A stretch of 63,603 nt of DNA, the filler included, from Globobulimina sp. (taxonomy: Eukaryota): assembly GCA_003354225.1 (NCBI GenBank). It is 16 parts of 16 records of this genome, joined end to end, with 100 filler letters (N's around TTAATTAATTAA, not from the genome) between each part and the next. Parts side by side here need not be neighbours in the genome. Positions count along the whole stretch, not along the records: positions 23,902 to 27,783 come from PIVH01001940.1; positions 27,884 to 31,765 come from PIVH01001941.1; positions 31,866 to 35,747 come from PIVH01001942.1; positions 35,848 to 39,728 come from PIVH01001943.1; 12 more parts are not named here. One strand, 5' to 3'. Positions 23,802 through 35,848 of this stretch are shown in pieces; position 1 is the stretch's first letter; the number at the start of each line of letters is the position of its first letter. The notes beneath the pieces are model-generated. The model was given only the letters and a program-made list of their open reading frames with translations. It had not been told where the DNA came from and did no database searches. Position numbers and translations under genes: made by a program.

Positions 23802-25529
23802 NNNNNNNNNNNNNNNNNNNNNNNNNNNNNNNNNNNNNNNNNNNNTTAATTAATTAANNNNNNNNNNNNNNNNNNNNNNNNNNNNNNNNNNNNNNNNNNN
23901 NTAATATGACATCAATCACTGTGAACATGGTCGAGACATAAGGCTTAGCAGCCCATTACACTGAAACTCTCGGAGCTTATTCATTGTGCTGATTACGCAA
24001 ATACCCAACTGATAGAAAACTAAAATAAAAATATATCATTTTTTTTATCTGTTATTTTCCAGCAATTTCTAAATCGATAAAAAAAAAAATAAACAGAATC
24101 GCTCAATTTGTCGATTAATGGAATATCATGGGTTGGGATGGAATGGATTTGTATTTATCACACAATTGCAAGGTATGTGGCTAAAACTACCGTATATTAT
24201 ATATTTTGCTTTGATGACTAATGGATACAACACATTCTTGGTCCGTGTTATTGAGTGTTCGCTGAAATATTATTCCACGGTTACTGACCACAGACAACAT
24301 TACACTGAATTTTGCTACATTTTATATATATGCTGGAATCTTAATTTGTTTATTTCTTTTATATATGCAGTCAACAAATAGTATGGAAGAATTAATCACC
24401 ATCAATAAAATAAGCAAATGAATATTATCAAAGTAAAATGTATGTTATGTTTAATGTATGTTGTATCTCTATATGTTTTTCTATGGCTTATGATGATTAA
24501 TTATTACATGCACCACCTACTAGATACACCTTTGTGTAGTTGATGAATTGTATAATATTCCTTGCTCTGATTCTATGTAATAATGTTTCACATTGTATAT
24601 CTTTGTGATGATTTTCATATTTATTTTATGTTTATATTTAGATAGACATTAATTGGTGAATAATTGAAATGGGTCATGTATCGGTATGTATTTATCTTAT
24701 CTATGTTTGTGTGCTTTTAATGATGAGCTAAAACTGTCAATCCCCTGAATTGCAGTCCTTTCCTTCCTAAAATAAAATGCATTTGTTGATAATTCCGAAC
24801 CTCTGATTATTTTCATCCATGTTTTTATTGTTTCCCTAAATGTATGTGTTAATACGATGATTTTAAATGTTTTTTGTTTGTTTATAAAAGGTTCAATGTC
24901 AAATAAATTAGCTGAAGCCAGTGATATCCCATGGGACAGCATTGTGAGTGATGTCTTTCTGATTTAATACGTTTCGTGTTTCTGTCTTTATATTTGTTTA
25001 TACGCAATGTCGAAAAGTCTGTCTCTGAGAGTTTTATTTTGCAGAGACAGATTTATTTTGGTTGCAATATAAAAGCCAAATCATTTTGAATAAGTATTAC
25101 TACACATTTTACTTAAACTGATAACTAAATCCAAATTATTTGGTGTGGAGTCGGCGGTGACTCATGATCTGGACATTCGATTTGATGCTTGTATACAATT
25201 CTGGTGCGTTGTTTGCTAAATACCATCGGAATATCACTACAAACAACATTTTATTATATAAATTATAATATACATAGATGCGCGTCATCAGTTCCATATG
25301 AGTTTGACAGTCTCGATTTATTAATTTTAAAGGCAATGTTTATTTTTATTGCGGGAAATGATTTCCATAAATTAAGAAAGTTAAAAACGTTATAAGATGG
25401 CCTTCTGCACAGCCATCATAAAAATAAAAACACAAAAACATAAATTAAATGGCATATTTACAAGAGAGACTGTGTGCATCCAACAGGTTGGTTTAAATGC
25501 AAATTTGTGCACCACAGTGTCTAATTTAT

Positions 25530-25600
25530 TGTGATGATAGCTTAAGGAAAGCATCTAATTAAAGAAGATTTGGGTTCAAATCCCTAGCATCACATTTTTT
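25530..25600 (+). ncRNA. Degenerate tRNA-like element (pseudo-tRNA or SINE head) followed by a T6 run
   Basis: TGTGATG...CATCACA closing stem, A-box-like TAGCTTAAGG, B-box GGTTCAAATCC, followed by TTTTTT. Confidence 0.65.
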
Positions 25601-25793
25601 ATTTTTCATTATTAATTACTATTTTTTTGTGTAAACAGTATTTTCTTAAATTTGGGGTGCGTTCATAGGTGATACGAAGACTGGTTTATCGCATTGGTTT
25701 GAGATCTGTGTTTGACATTTCGATACAATAAAAAAAAACAATTCCGAACATTTCCAAAACTTTAAAACTGTAGAATGTTACTAACGATGATAT

Positions 25794-27656
25794 TTATATA
25801 TTTTTCCCAGCATAAGTCAAGCCAGCAACAATAAACGATGCCATAAACATCCAAACAAATTTATGTTTATCAGATATTCTTGATATAATTCTTGTAAACG
25901 GTTCAAATAAAAATCCTTTCCCAGTGTATCTTAAATAATATATGGTAACATATAATATTAATTCTGCAATAACACTTATACTAACTCGTAACGCAGACAT
26001 TGCACATTGGTACGATGTAAAGCTGGCATTATTGATAGTTAAATATCCCAAATACTCGCAAATATTCAATAAAAACGCAGCCAAACAACTTAAAAACGAT
26101 ATTACAATTTTTATAGATATATCCACATAAAACCGCTCTCTCCATAATTGTAACTCAGACTCATCTCTAAGCAATCCAACAATCCTTCCCATACAAACGT
26201 CATCTTTATGGATATGCGCCAGTAAAAACCAAATATTATTCGTTAAATTCCAATAAAACACAGAAGTTCTAACTCCATTCTCAAATAATTCCCATCCGAT
26301 ATGAAACAGTAAAGCAATTGTAAAGGACAGACATGACGGTTCATAATACACTAAATATATTCTCAACGTTATATAATAAACACTCATCACAAAGACATAC
26401 AATATCAACTCAATGGATATAAAATACTGTTCATTACCACTACAATTCGATTCCTTTTGTAAATGTTTCTCTGTAGTTTTTATCATTGTATTCAACTCCG
26501 AATTACGATCAGACCGCGAAAATATTCTCAACCTATCATACATTCGGCCCATTCTGGTCATAAAATAGCGCCAAATGGATGTATAAATCAATAGGCCCAA
26601 CGTCCATTTCTCAAAATGAGTCTCAATCAGTTTATTTTGCCAATGTGCAACAAACTGAATTCCAATAAAATATAATAAAAACATCAATGTCAACAATATA
26701 TTCAAACACCAAATATTAACACATGAATCATTGATTGTATTCGAGTTCCCCAAATATGATATATTTTTGAAGGAAGAAGGAATAGGTGTTGTCATGGAGG
26801 GCTTTGTGGATGGAATGGTGGACCAAACCACCGGTGAATCACTTCTATTTAGTGATGCTCGTTGAATGTGAATGATTTCTTCGACATGATAATAACTCAT
26901 GGAAATCATATCAATCTCTGAGTTTCCAGGCGTTGAATGTGCTGATACTAAAGGAGTAGATAATGAGTCCTCTGCTGGCTCCAAATGATTGCGTTTTAAC
27001 CTCCGACAGAGCATAATATCAAACAGCATTAATGTCAAAGAGGAAGCTAGGAAGACATAACAAAATGCAAATCCATCACCAACTACATCGTTAATACAAA
27101 ATTTAGAACATTTAAACAATTTTTGACAGAATTCTGAATTTTCGTCAAAAAAGAGCAATGGCAACGATATAAATTGTAGAAACATAGAAGCGATGAAATC
27201 ATGTACAAATACAATGATGCAAATATGCCATGTTTTGTAGATATTGCAGTGTGAATATTTTATGTCGCGTATTTTATAAGCAATATTACTGTCTGGTGTT
27301 TCGTTGATTATTTTTTGATATTTTTGTTTGTTGTTACTTATGTTGATGTTATGTGATAATATTATATTCCAGAGAGCAGTGAATAAACCCCAGGCTACAA
27401 AGGATTGGAATGAACGAATATCATCAATATAATGGTTATTATAATATGTCGGGTCTGAATCTTCAACGTATTTAGTGATATAATGTGAGCCATTTAGCAG
27501 TAAAAAAATTCCAATGCATTTACAAAAAAATATTGAATATGATGATAATTCTTGAGTTTTGTTACTTGTAACATCAGATACAATATCAGTGGATGATCCA
27601 TTTAATGGTCGTCGAGGCAAATAATACTTAGCGGTCGTAAAAGTCAGACAAGGCAT
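25794..27656 (-). CDS. Multi-pass membrane protein of unknown function (about 10 hydrophobic segments)
   Basis: 620-aa intronless ORF with many hydrophobic stretches separated by a Ser/Pro-rich loop. Confidence 0.75.
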   Translation of the reverse strand: MPCLTFTTAKYYLPRRPLNGSSTDIVSDVTSNKTQELSSYSIFFCKCIGIFLLLNGSHYITKYVEDSDPTYYNNHYIDDIRSFQSFVAWGLFTALWNIILSHNINISNNKQKYQKIINETPDSNIAYKIRDIKYSHCNIYKTWHICIIVFVHDFIASMFLQFISLPLLFFDENSEFCQKLFKCSKFCINDVVGDGFAFCYVFLASSLTLMLFDIMLCRRLKRNHLEPAEDSLSTPLVSAHSTPGNSEIDMISMSYYHVEEIIHIQRASLNRSDSPVVWSTIPSTKPSMTTPIPSSFKNISYLGNSNTINDSCVNIWCLNILLTLMFLLYFIGIQFVAHWQNKLIETHFEKWTLGLLIYTSIWRYFMTRMGRMYDRLRIFSRSDRNSELNTMIKTTEKHLQKESNCSGNEQYFISIELILYVFVMSVYYITLRIYLVYYEPSCLSFTIALLFHIGWELFENGVRTSVFYWNLTNNIWFLLAHIHKDDVCMGRIVGLLRDESELQLWRERFYVDISIKIVISFLSCLAAFLLNICEYLGYLTINNASFTSYQCAMSALRVSISVIAELILYVTIYYLRYTGKGFLFEPFTRIISRISDKHKFVWMFMASFIVAGLTYAGKNI

Positions 27657-27884
27657 TGTAATGGTTACTGAGAAGGGACAAACTTAAGTAAACAAAGGGT
27701 TCGAGCCATAATCACGAACAGCAGCTTTGAGACATGAATATTTACAAATGTACATTAAAAGAAAATGGCAAACAAAAAATGTTNNNNNNNNNNNNNNNNN
27801 NNNNNNNNNNNNNNNNNNNNNNNNNNNTTAATTAATTAANNNNNNNNNNNNNNNNNNNNNNNNNNNNNNNNNNNNNNNNNNNNT

Positions 27885-28613
27885 GATGACTTATTGGTTA
27901 AATGGATTGTAATGAAACGAATTGGTGTTCTTCAAGAATGTGAAATTTTTGAAGGCATCCAAAGCGTTCATTGTATACAGAAATTATGGCAAACTGATTT
28001 AGAACAATGGCAGTTGCAAAATATTAACAGTGTACAGCCTGTCAATAATATGAATTTGGTGAAAGCATTAATGACAGACATCATTCCTACACTCAAAATA
28101 ATGCATGACAGAGAGTTAGTTCATGGTGACATCAAACCGGCCAATTTAGTGATGTCTGATAATAGTTTTGGTGTCATAGACTTTGGCTGTTCGACCCAAA
28201 ATTATTCACAATTTATTGGTTCATTTGGAACAGTACCATATAGAGCGCCTGAAATGGATATAACACGCTATGATCCTATTTTAATTACAAATAAATATGA
28301 CATTTTTTCATTGGCCATATCGTTGATTGAAATTGTTCTCGGATACCATCCATACTTTGACTGTTTAATTTTAGCATTGGATACCATCAATGACTCTGAA
28401 TCTGGATCTAACCCTGAATTACATGGTCTTATTGATGTGGAGTTATGCGAGGATGTCATACTATTAATATATGAGATGACCTTCGAAAATAAGGATATAG
28501 ATATTCTATTTGTTGATTTATTGATGAATATGTTAACTGTATCTGTCGAAGAAAGATTTGATATCAATGACGTTATCAATCATCCGTGGTTCAAAAAATA
28601 TTGTCTTAATTAA
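27885..28613 (+). CDS. Ser/Thr protein kinase, 5'-truncated
   Basis: VHGDIKPAN, IDFG, GTVPYRAPE, YDIFSL and ERFDINDVINHPWF. Confidence 0.92.
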   Translation, partial: DDLLVKWIVMKRIGVLQECEIFEGIQSVHCIQKLWQTDLEQWQLQNINSVQPVNNMNLVKALMTDIIPTLKIMHDRELVHGDIKPANLVMSDNSFGVIDFGCSTQNYSQFIGSFGTVPYRAPEMDITRYDPILITNKYDIFSLAISLIEIVLGYHPYFDCLILALDTINDSESGSNPELHGLIDVELCEDVILLIYEMTFENKDIDILFVDLLMNMLTVSVEERFDINDVINHPWFKKYCLN

Positions 28614-28790
28614 CAAATGTTTCTTGTTTGTTTTCTTATCTTATCACTAAATGTTTAAGTAAAATAATCTGAAAGCTCATGCATCAAAAAACGCGTTTTC
28701 TACAATCGACTACTTCTTATTGTTCTAAATCAGTTTGCCACAATTTTTGTATACAATGAACACTTTCGATGCCTTAATTTTGTTGTTGGA

Positions 28791-28858
28791 GATTTGCTGG
28801 TGCATAGAAGGGCACTGCTTTTGTGCAGGAATCCAGGTTCAAATCCTGGCGTGGGATA
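28791..28858 (+). ncRNA. Degenerate tRNA-like element
   Basis: Perfect T-arm CCAGG-TTCAAAT-CCTGG and D-like arm GTGC...GCAC; acceptor stem does not pair. Confidence 0.5.
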
Positions 28859-29531
28859 TCTAGGAATTAAAAAGCATAAATAATGCCATATCTGATCAAT
28901 TCACTCCAATCAATATCATCCAACTTTGATATTATTAAACAACATTTCATTGCTATTATATCTGTGCTTAAATAACATTCTTTAATCACTTTATTGGTGA
29001 GAGATTAACTCCAAAAGTTGAAATCCGACCACCAAAATTAAAATTAGCTCAATAGTTGTGACTACACTGGAGACCAAAACTTCTAAAAAAAACTTTTTCA
29101 ATTCATCTTTATTTACCCTTCACCCACATACTGTGTTTCTTTACCCTTCACAAAATGATTGCAACTCAAGTTGAGATTAAAGCAGATGAAAACACAGATT
29201 CAACAAAGAAAAACGTTGTACTAAAAATATAACGAAAAAAATATAACGATTCAACAAACATTTGATGTACTAAAAATATAACGAAAAGGATCGATCAGAA
29301 TAGAAATTTGCTTGATTTTGTAGTTTCGATTGGTTGCTTAGTTTCAGTATCTCCAATAATTTCAATCTCTAAATTATTTTTATTCATCATTTTGAATTGT
29401 TATTCAAATAATTTGTGAGTGAATCGCCGAATCTCCGACGTGTAAGCCGTCGCAGCTGCAATTGTTTCAACTTTACCACGCAATAAAAAAAAAGATGAAT
29501 TGAAAAAGTTTTTTTTTGTAATTATTTTCTG

Positions 29532-31765
29532 ATGGCCTCCTTAACTTTAGATAATAATTTTTTGCAACGTAAAACTAAGATATTGAATGGATTGCAATTG
29601 GATGCATCGACCACATCACCAGATAAATCACCAAAAGGTTTCATTGATGAAGCAATAATACCATTGATAGCCTGTATTAATGGAACAAACTCATTTTATA
29701 CAACATCATCCTGTTCTGGCCGCATTGCTTTATTTTTACAAGAAAAACATTGCAGTGGCAAATCACAAAAAGGTGGTAAATGGTTGTTTGTTTCACATAA
29801 TTTGATTGGAAATGATGACATAATTGCATCCATTCAAGAATATATTTATAAAATGGATCAGGAACAATTGCAAATTGATGATAAACCCATTGAAATGTCA
29901 TTAAAATTTGAACCATTTATCCTTCACATTGAATGCAAAGATTTTCTGTCAGCAAAACAATTATTATCCATCTGTCGGGAAACAGGTTTGAGAGAATCTG
30001 GAATAAATGCAATAAGCAACAGGATTATGATAAGAATTACATTCAATTTGAAGCTGGAAACGCCTCTCTTTTATGGAGTAAAAAGAGAATTAATATTAAT
30101 GAGTCAGTCAAATAATAATGATTTTATTCTTCCAAATATCAATAGAAATTATCTCAAAATGTTAACCAACATCGCAAACAATAAAATGAAACAAAATTTA
30201 TGTAAAATAGAGATGTTTTATCAAGCATTCAAAGCTAAATTTGCAGCTTCATTTAAATGGTACGCAGCATATCAGAGTCAAACTAATATTTTATCACAAA
30301 AGATAGCAAAGAAAATGGACGTATTGTTTGAAAATATTAATATTGCACAGCAATCCTTGTCAAATCTGTCAAATATTGCAACTATTTCAAGTATTTCAAG
30401 CAGTGATAATTGCAAACCATTATGGTGTTTGTTAGTGAATAATAAGTATGCAAAGAGAGTGTACGATACATTGAGGCATTTGGAATTAATTAATGATGGA
30501 AAGAACAACATGATATGTCATAATTCAGTCAAATATAAAAAGGATTGGAGTTACATTGGTATTAAATACAAATTGGCGCACAATATAATGGATAAAATGA
30601 GCGTCAACAAAGAAAATAAAAATAAGTTGCAACATTTGTATGATTTATATGAGAATGTGTTGTTGGAAAGACATTGCAAACTGTACTCCTTTCACATTGA
30701 TTTATTGATTGAATGTGTCAATATTATAATATATGCATCGCAATGGCACCAAATATTGGACATAGAAATGGAGAATGAATGCGAATGTATGATTATTGGA
30801 TTATGTTTTCGATTTTTACCAAGTTTAGAATCGCGACTTGAGTCAATAATATATTCTCGATCTGATAACAAAGAGTGGTGTTCCGCATTGTTAGCAATAA
30901 TCCATTTATTAAAAGATAATAAGACCTGTAATCTGCTGCAAATTGTCAATAATTTCCCCACAAAATATGAGAAATTGGGTGATTGTGTTTTGTTTCCACC
31001 GACTTGCTTCAAATCTATTTTACAAGGGATTGGCGCCGCAAATATGAAGAATATGAATGCATTTTATGATATAATATGCAAATATTTGCGATGCACTCAA
31101 ATTGGTTTACAGTCGGTGATTGCCGCTGGAATAAAAAGGGAAAGCAAAGTGGAGATATTGTATGACCCGCATAATAAGAATGGAGCAGTCAAACACAAAG
31201 AGAATAAAATATGGTATCATTTTAATGTAAGACAGGTAATGTTTTGTAGTGGCAATTTAACGGAGAAAATGCGGATGGCCAAAGTTGCAAAATCAACAGA
31301 TATTATATTGGATTTATATGCGGGCATTGGATATTTTACATTGTCCTTTTTAGTCCATGCAAATGTTGCCTTTGTGTATTGTTGTGAAATAAATGCAAAT
31401 TCCATTAAATCGTTAAAAGCAAATATGAAACTTAATAAAATCGATAAGGAAAGATACGAAATATTGGAAGGAGATAATGTTCAAACGACAATTAATTTGA
31501 TCAATGCGGTGAACAGAGTGATTTTAGGATTGTTGCCATCATCGCAGCCGAGTTGGAAGGCCGCCATCAGAGCGCTGAAAGCGAGTGGAGGGATATTGCA
31601 TATTCATCACAATGTGCATACTGATCATAAGAATGAGTTTTTGCAATATCTGTGCCATGAATTAACACAAATTATTCTGCAATATGAGGATAAAAAGCAT
31701 TGGAATGTGCAAATATTACATTGTCAACATGTTAAATGGTATGCACCAAAGATATCTCATCTGGT
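29532..31765 (+). CDS. TYW3/TYW2: tRNA wybutosine biosynthesis fusion TYW3 + TYW2(TRM12), 3'-truncated
   Basis: TYW3: DKSPKGFIDEAI, YTTSSCSGRI, GKWLFVSH, KFEPFILH, GLRESG. TYW2: MFCSGNLTEKMRM, DLYAGIGYF, RVILGLLPSS, GGILHIHHNV, VKWYAP. Confidence 0.93.
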
Positions 31766-31865
31766 NNNNNNNNNNNNNNNNNNNNNNNNNNNNNNNNNNN
31801 NNNNNNNNNTTAATTAATTAANNNNNNNNNNNNNNNNNNNNNNNNNNNNNNNNNNNNNNNNNNNN

Positions 31866-32987
31866 TTAATTCAATGATTTTATTATCTTTATCCTCCCTC
31901 AAACGCACCAATTTCATCCTCAACTCTTTCACCTGTTTCTTTTCATTTTTATTCACATTTTCTACACTTTGCGATAAATTCTTATTCGCATTTCGTATAT
32001 TTCGCAACTCATTTTCCAATGCTTCAATTTGTTGTTTATACTGTTTAATTTCATGTATTTTCCTTGTATTCTCCTGTGTTAATTGTATAATTTCTTCATT
32101 TTTCTCTCGTTTTATATTGCTTATTTCGGCCTCATTCTCTTCAATTCGTTTTTGTAAACAATTTATTAATTTCTGCCTCTCCCTATTATCTCCATTTGCG
32201 TCCTGATTGGTTGCCAATTCTCGCTGCAATGATTTAATCTGTTCCTTTAATGCAACAATCTCTTTATTTGCATCGTTCTCTTTATTGGATTTATTTTCTA
32301 AATGCTGTTCTTCTGCGCTTTCTAACGAGGTTTGCAATTTAATTATTCGCACATTTAATTTGTTATTTTTCTCTTCAAATTCGGAGTTGCTACGTTTCAA
32401 TGTTTCTACTTCGAATTTTAATGAGTTATTCTCCGCAATCAACGCATCTGTTTTTTGCTTGCAATTGGATAATTTGCTTCGGGTTAATCGTAATTCTTCG
32501 TTTGTTTCTTTTAATGGATCTGCGGTTTTGTTTTGTTTTATAGGCTGCGTTGTTATTTCCGTAGCCACCACTCGTTCATTTGTACTTTTTTCATCATCTT
32601 GCTGTGGAAGGAATATATTTGTGATAATTACGTGTGGTGTGACTGGTATGTTTGTGGAAGGAATAAATATGTAATATGGTTAACTGGTTTTTTATATCCA
32701 GGTTTTAATTGAGGATTAATCCATTCTTTGCTGTGATGATCAGGATTATCTTCATATATATTCTTTTTTGCTGGTTTTTTATTATAATTTTTTTCAATTT
32801 GGGATTGTCGCGTATTCCATTTATCCAATATGCCGGATATTTTGTTAGTTTGTTCTTCTGGTTCTTGTGTAGTGCTTGATTTGCGTTGGAATGGCTTGTT
32901 TTTGATGCTTCCTTTAAAAAATGGGTTGTTTTTAATACTTCCCATGGGCTGTTCATCAATGCCTGTTCCGGAATTGGGTTGCGACAT
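31866..32987 (-). CDS. Coiled-coil protein, 3'-truncated; intron 32602-32684
   Basis: E/K/Q-rich heptads. A GTTAAC...CCACAG intron joins the two ORFs in phase 0. Confidence 0.7.
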
Positions 32988-33104
32988 GCTTCTGCCGTTG
33001 AAGTTTTTGACTTAAATCAAAAGATTTATTTAAGAAGTTTTGTTATCTTACCATGTCAATATAGAACGTTCTACTTTTTTCTCATCGATCATTACATTCA
33101 ACAA

Positions 33105-34331
33105 ATGCTGCGTGGGGATTCCAAATACGTTCGGAACTTATTAGCAGTTCCTTCATATCGACATTACATCCGCAACAAGAGAATGGTACATGGTCGAAGA
33201 GCAACAACAGCCACCGATTGGACACCGTCATGCAAATGCTTGATTGCCTCTGTTTATACTATTTTGGCAATTTCGTTTATGATTTATTTCAAATCTAAAA
33301 CAAGTACATACACTCGTCATTGGTCAGTGCAATTAGCAGATAATTACAATGCAAACACAAATAATGTAAAAAACTTTAATGCAATGCAAAAATCTTTGGA
33401 ACAATGGTTGAACAAATACCCATCAATTGAGCCCCATCGTGCTCATAAAGGCTTTACTTGTGATGCTTGGAAATGCCAACCAACCTTTGATATATGGTCA
33501 GGTCATTGGAGGCAAGCTAGAAAACAAGAAATGATAACAAATAAACAAAAATATGACGACTGGCTGGAACAGCATAACTCACAAAATATGCAATTAACGG
33601 ATTCAAAACAAGAATGTGAATACATATTTATAGGCGATTCCATATCACATTCATGGAATTATCACACTAATATATTTAATAAATATTTTAATCAAAATAA
33701 TAATGCAATGATATACGCTCAATCTGGCGATAAAATTCATGAAATTGGCTGGAGATTGACCGCCGAACAAGGCGATGGGTTAAAAAAAATGAAACAATGT
33801 TTATTGAATGGGAGTAAGCAAAGGAACAAATCAATTATTTTGTTGATTGGAACTAATGATATTGGCTCAGGTTCGACGTACAATGTTGCATTGGCGGACT
33901 ATATGGTTTTATTGGAACAGTTTTTGCAATTTATCAATGATATCAATAATGTTATTTTGTATGTAATGGGGATATTCCCTCGCGGCCAAACTTATATTTC
34001 ATTCAATGAGAGAACAGCAAATAATATGGACACGTTTGAGAGTTGGAATGTGGACAATGAATATTTTTATAGCGTTAATTTTATGAATGATTATTTGGAA
34101 TATTTTGTAGATAATCATATGAATGAGAATATTAAATATATCAATTGCAATGATTATTTGTTTGACAATAAAAATATTGTGGAATTTAAGGATAATAATG
34201 GAGCATTTCATGAATATAAAACGGGAGTTATGTCCATTGGTATTATGGAGGATATGTTGCATTTATCTGAAGATGGATATGAAAGATGGTCAAAGTGTAT
34301 CTTGCAACAGACATCGTCATCACGCAATTAG
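33105..34331 (+). CDS. SGNH/GDSL hydrolase (PAF-AH Ib-like) with N-terminal membrane anchor
   Basis: Blocks FIGDSI, SGD, LIGTND, GIFPRG and DMLHLSEDGY; TM segment CLIASVYTILAISFMIYF. Start could be 33105 or 33183. Confidence 0.9.
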   Translation: MLRGDSKYVRNLLAVPSYRHYIRNKRMVHGRRATTATDWTPSCKCLIASVYTILAISFMIYFKSKTSTYTRHWSVQLADNYNANTNNVKNFNAMQKSLEQWLNKYPSIEPHRAHKGFTCDAWKCQPTFDIWSGHWRQARKQEMITNKQKYDDWLEQHNSQNMQLTDSKQECEYIFIGDSISHSWNYHTNIFNKYFNQNNNAMIYAQSGDKIHEIGWRLTAEQGDGLKKMKQCLLNGSKQRNKSIILLIGTNDIGSGSTYNVALADYMVLLEQFLQFINDINNVILYVMGIFPRGQTYISFNERTANNMDTFESWNVDNEYFYSVNFMNDYLEYFVDNHMNENIKYINCNDYLFDNKNIVEFKDNNGAFHEYKTGVMSIGIMEDMLHLSEDGYERWSKCILQQTSSSRN

Positions 34332-34457
34332 TTTTGTTTATAATTTTAGATTGAAAACCATTGAAATAGTTTAAATTCATAAAATCGCCTTTTATTTTGG
34401 TCTCGCTACAATTACATAAATAAAAAAACTGTTAATCTAAGTTGCCGGAAAAGTTTA

Positions 34458-35747
34458 ATGTCAACTCGACGCCACAAAAGAAAGCGTAAACATGTTGGCG
34501 ACGCAAAAAGCAGCAGTAAGCGACGCAAATTAAACAACAATGGTATCCACACCGTAAATATTGCAGATAATGCACCTGAAATATATTGTGTTTGTCGCCA
34601 ACCATGCAACGACGAGGCCATGGTCCAATGTTCAGATTGCTGGGAGTGGTTTCATTTTAGTTGCATTGGCATGGACGTAAAAGAGGTAGTTTCTCCGGAC
34701 GAATTTAATTGTCCCATCTGCGGAATTCAAAAAAAGAACGATAGAAACACTAATAATGACGAAAAAGTAAAGCCCAAACTACGCGAAAATAAGAAACCGA
34801 AAAAAAAAACTAAACCCAAAACAAAGGCGCTTAGTACCGATAATATGGTGGAAAAAGAAGACGACATAGAAACGGCAGCGCAGAGTACAAACGGTACAAA
34901 TGAAACGGTGAATAAATTAAAGAAGATCCAGAAATCATTACAATCACTGCATAATACATACGATGATAATATTGATATTTTGCCTGAAGCAGAGCCAGAA
35001 CCGCAAGAAAATACAATCGCAGATACAATGGTACGTTCATTAGAGCAGAGATTATTGGGCCAAACACAAAAAATAAATGACTTAAAACAGAAAAATAATG
35101 CATATAAACAACAAGTCAGTATTTCATTGGAAGGAAACCGGATAAAAATTATAGAATTGCAAAATATGTTGCTTGAATGCGAGAAAAACGATTTGTTAAA
35201 AACAAATCAAGCACAGATTAAAGATAATAAATTGCAACAGCATTGTACAAAGATTTCGGAATTAGAGAACAGTTTGATTGATAAATGTAATTTATTACAA
35301 GAAAAGGAGGCAAAAATTAAAGAATTAGAGCGTGTATTGATTGATAAAGAAAATGTATTCCAAGAGAATGAGATAAAAATTAACGAATTCAAGTTCAAAT
35401 TAGATAATGTATTACAAGAAAAGGATGCAAATATTAAAAAATTAGAGAGTAATTTGAGACATAATGAGGATTTATTAAAAGAAAAAGATATAAAAATTAA
35501 AGAAGTTTTAAATAGTTTGATAGAAAAAGATGTTTTATTAGGAGAGAATGAGCAAAATCATCATGAAAAAATTGAAGAATATAAAAATATTATTATTGAG
35601 AAGGATAAATTATTGAAATTGAAAAAACGGTTTGATAGTCAGAATACGGACGACACCGTGAATACAGAAGAATTGATGAATGGCCTTAATGACAGTAATA
35701 TGTCGATATGCACCATTAATAATAATAGTATCATTGAAATTGAGTAA
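34458..35747 (+). CDS. PHD finger + long coiled-coil protein
   Basis: YCVCRQP....MVQCSDCWEWFHFSCIG...FNCPIC, a basic NLS, and repeated (L)QEK(E/D)xKIKELE units. Confidence 0.9.
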   Translation: MSTRRHKRKRKHVGDAKSSSKRRKLNNNGIHTVNIADNAPEIYCVCRQPCNDEAMVQCSDCWEWFHFSCIGMDVKEVVSPDEFNCPICGIQKKNDRNTNNDEKVKPKLRENKKPKKKTKPKTKALSTDNMVEKEDDIETAAQSTNGTNETVNKLKKIQKSLQSLHNTYDDNIDILPEAEPEPQENTIADTMVRSLEQRLLGQTQKINDLKQKNNAYKQQVSISLEGNRIKIIELQNMLLECEKNDLLKTNQAQIKDNKLQQHCTKISELENSLIDKCNLLQEKEAKIKELERVLIDKENVFQENEIKINEFKFKLDNVLQEKDANIKKLESNLRHNEDLLKEKDIKIKEVLNSLIEKDVLLGENEQNHHEKIEEYKNIIIEKDKLLKLKKRFDSQNTDDTVNTEELMNGLNDSNMSICTINNNSIIEIE

Positions 35748-35848
35748 NNNNNNNNNNNNNNNNNNNNNNNNNNNNNNNNNNNNNNNNNNNNTTAATTAAT
35801 TAANNNNNNNNNNNNNNNNNNNNNNNNNNNNNNNNNNNNNNNNNNNNC

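Noticed and set aside
23902-25500. Short ORFs in the first half of contig 7
   Set aside because: All are under 90 aa, in AT-rich sequence, with no motif or consistent splice model.
31874-32674. Antisense and alternative-frame ORFs here and at e.g. 20337-20834, 43122-43454, 44433-44750, 55123-55628
   Set aside because: They are shadows of real low-complexity or coiled-coil coding sequence, with no motifs of their own.
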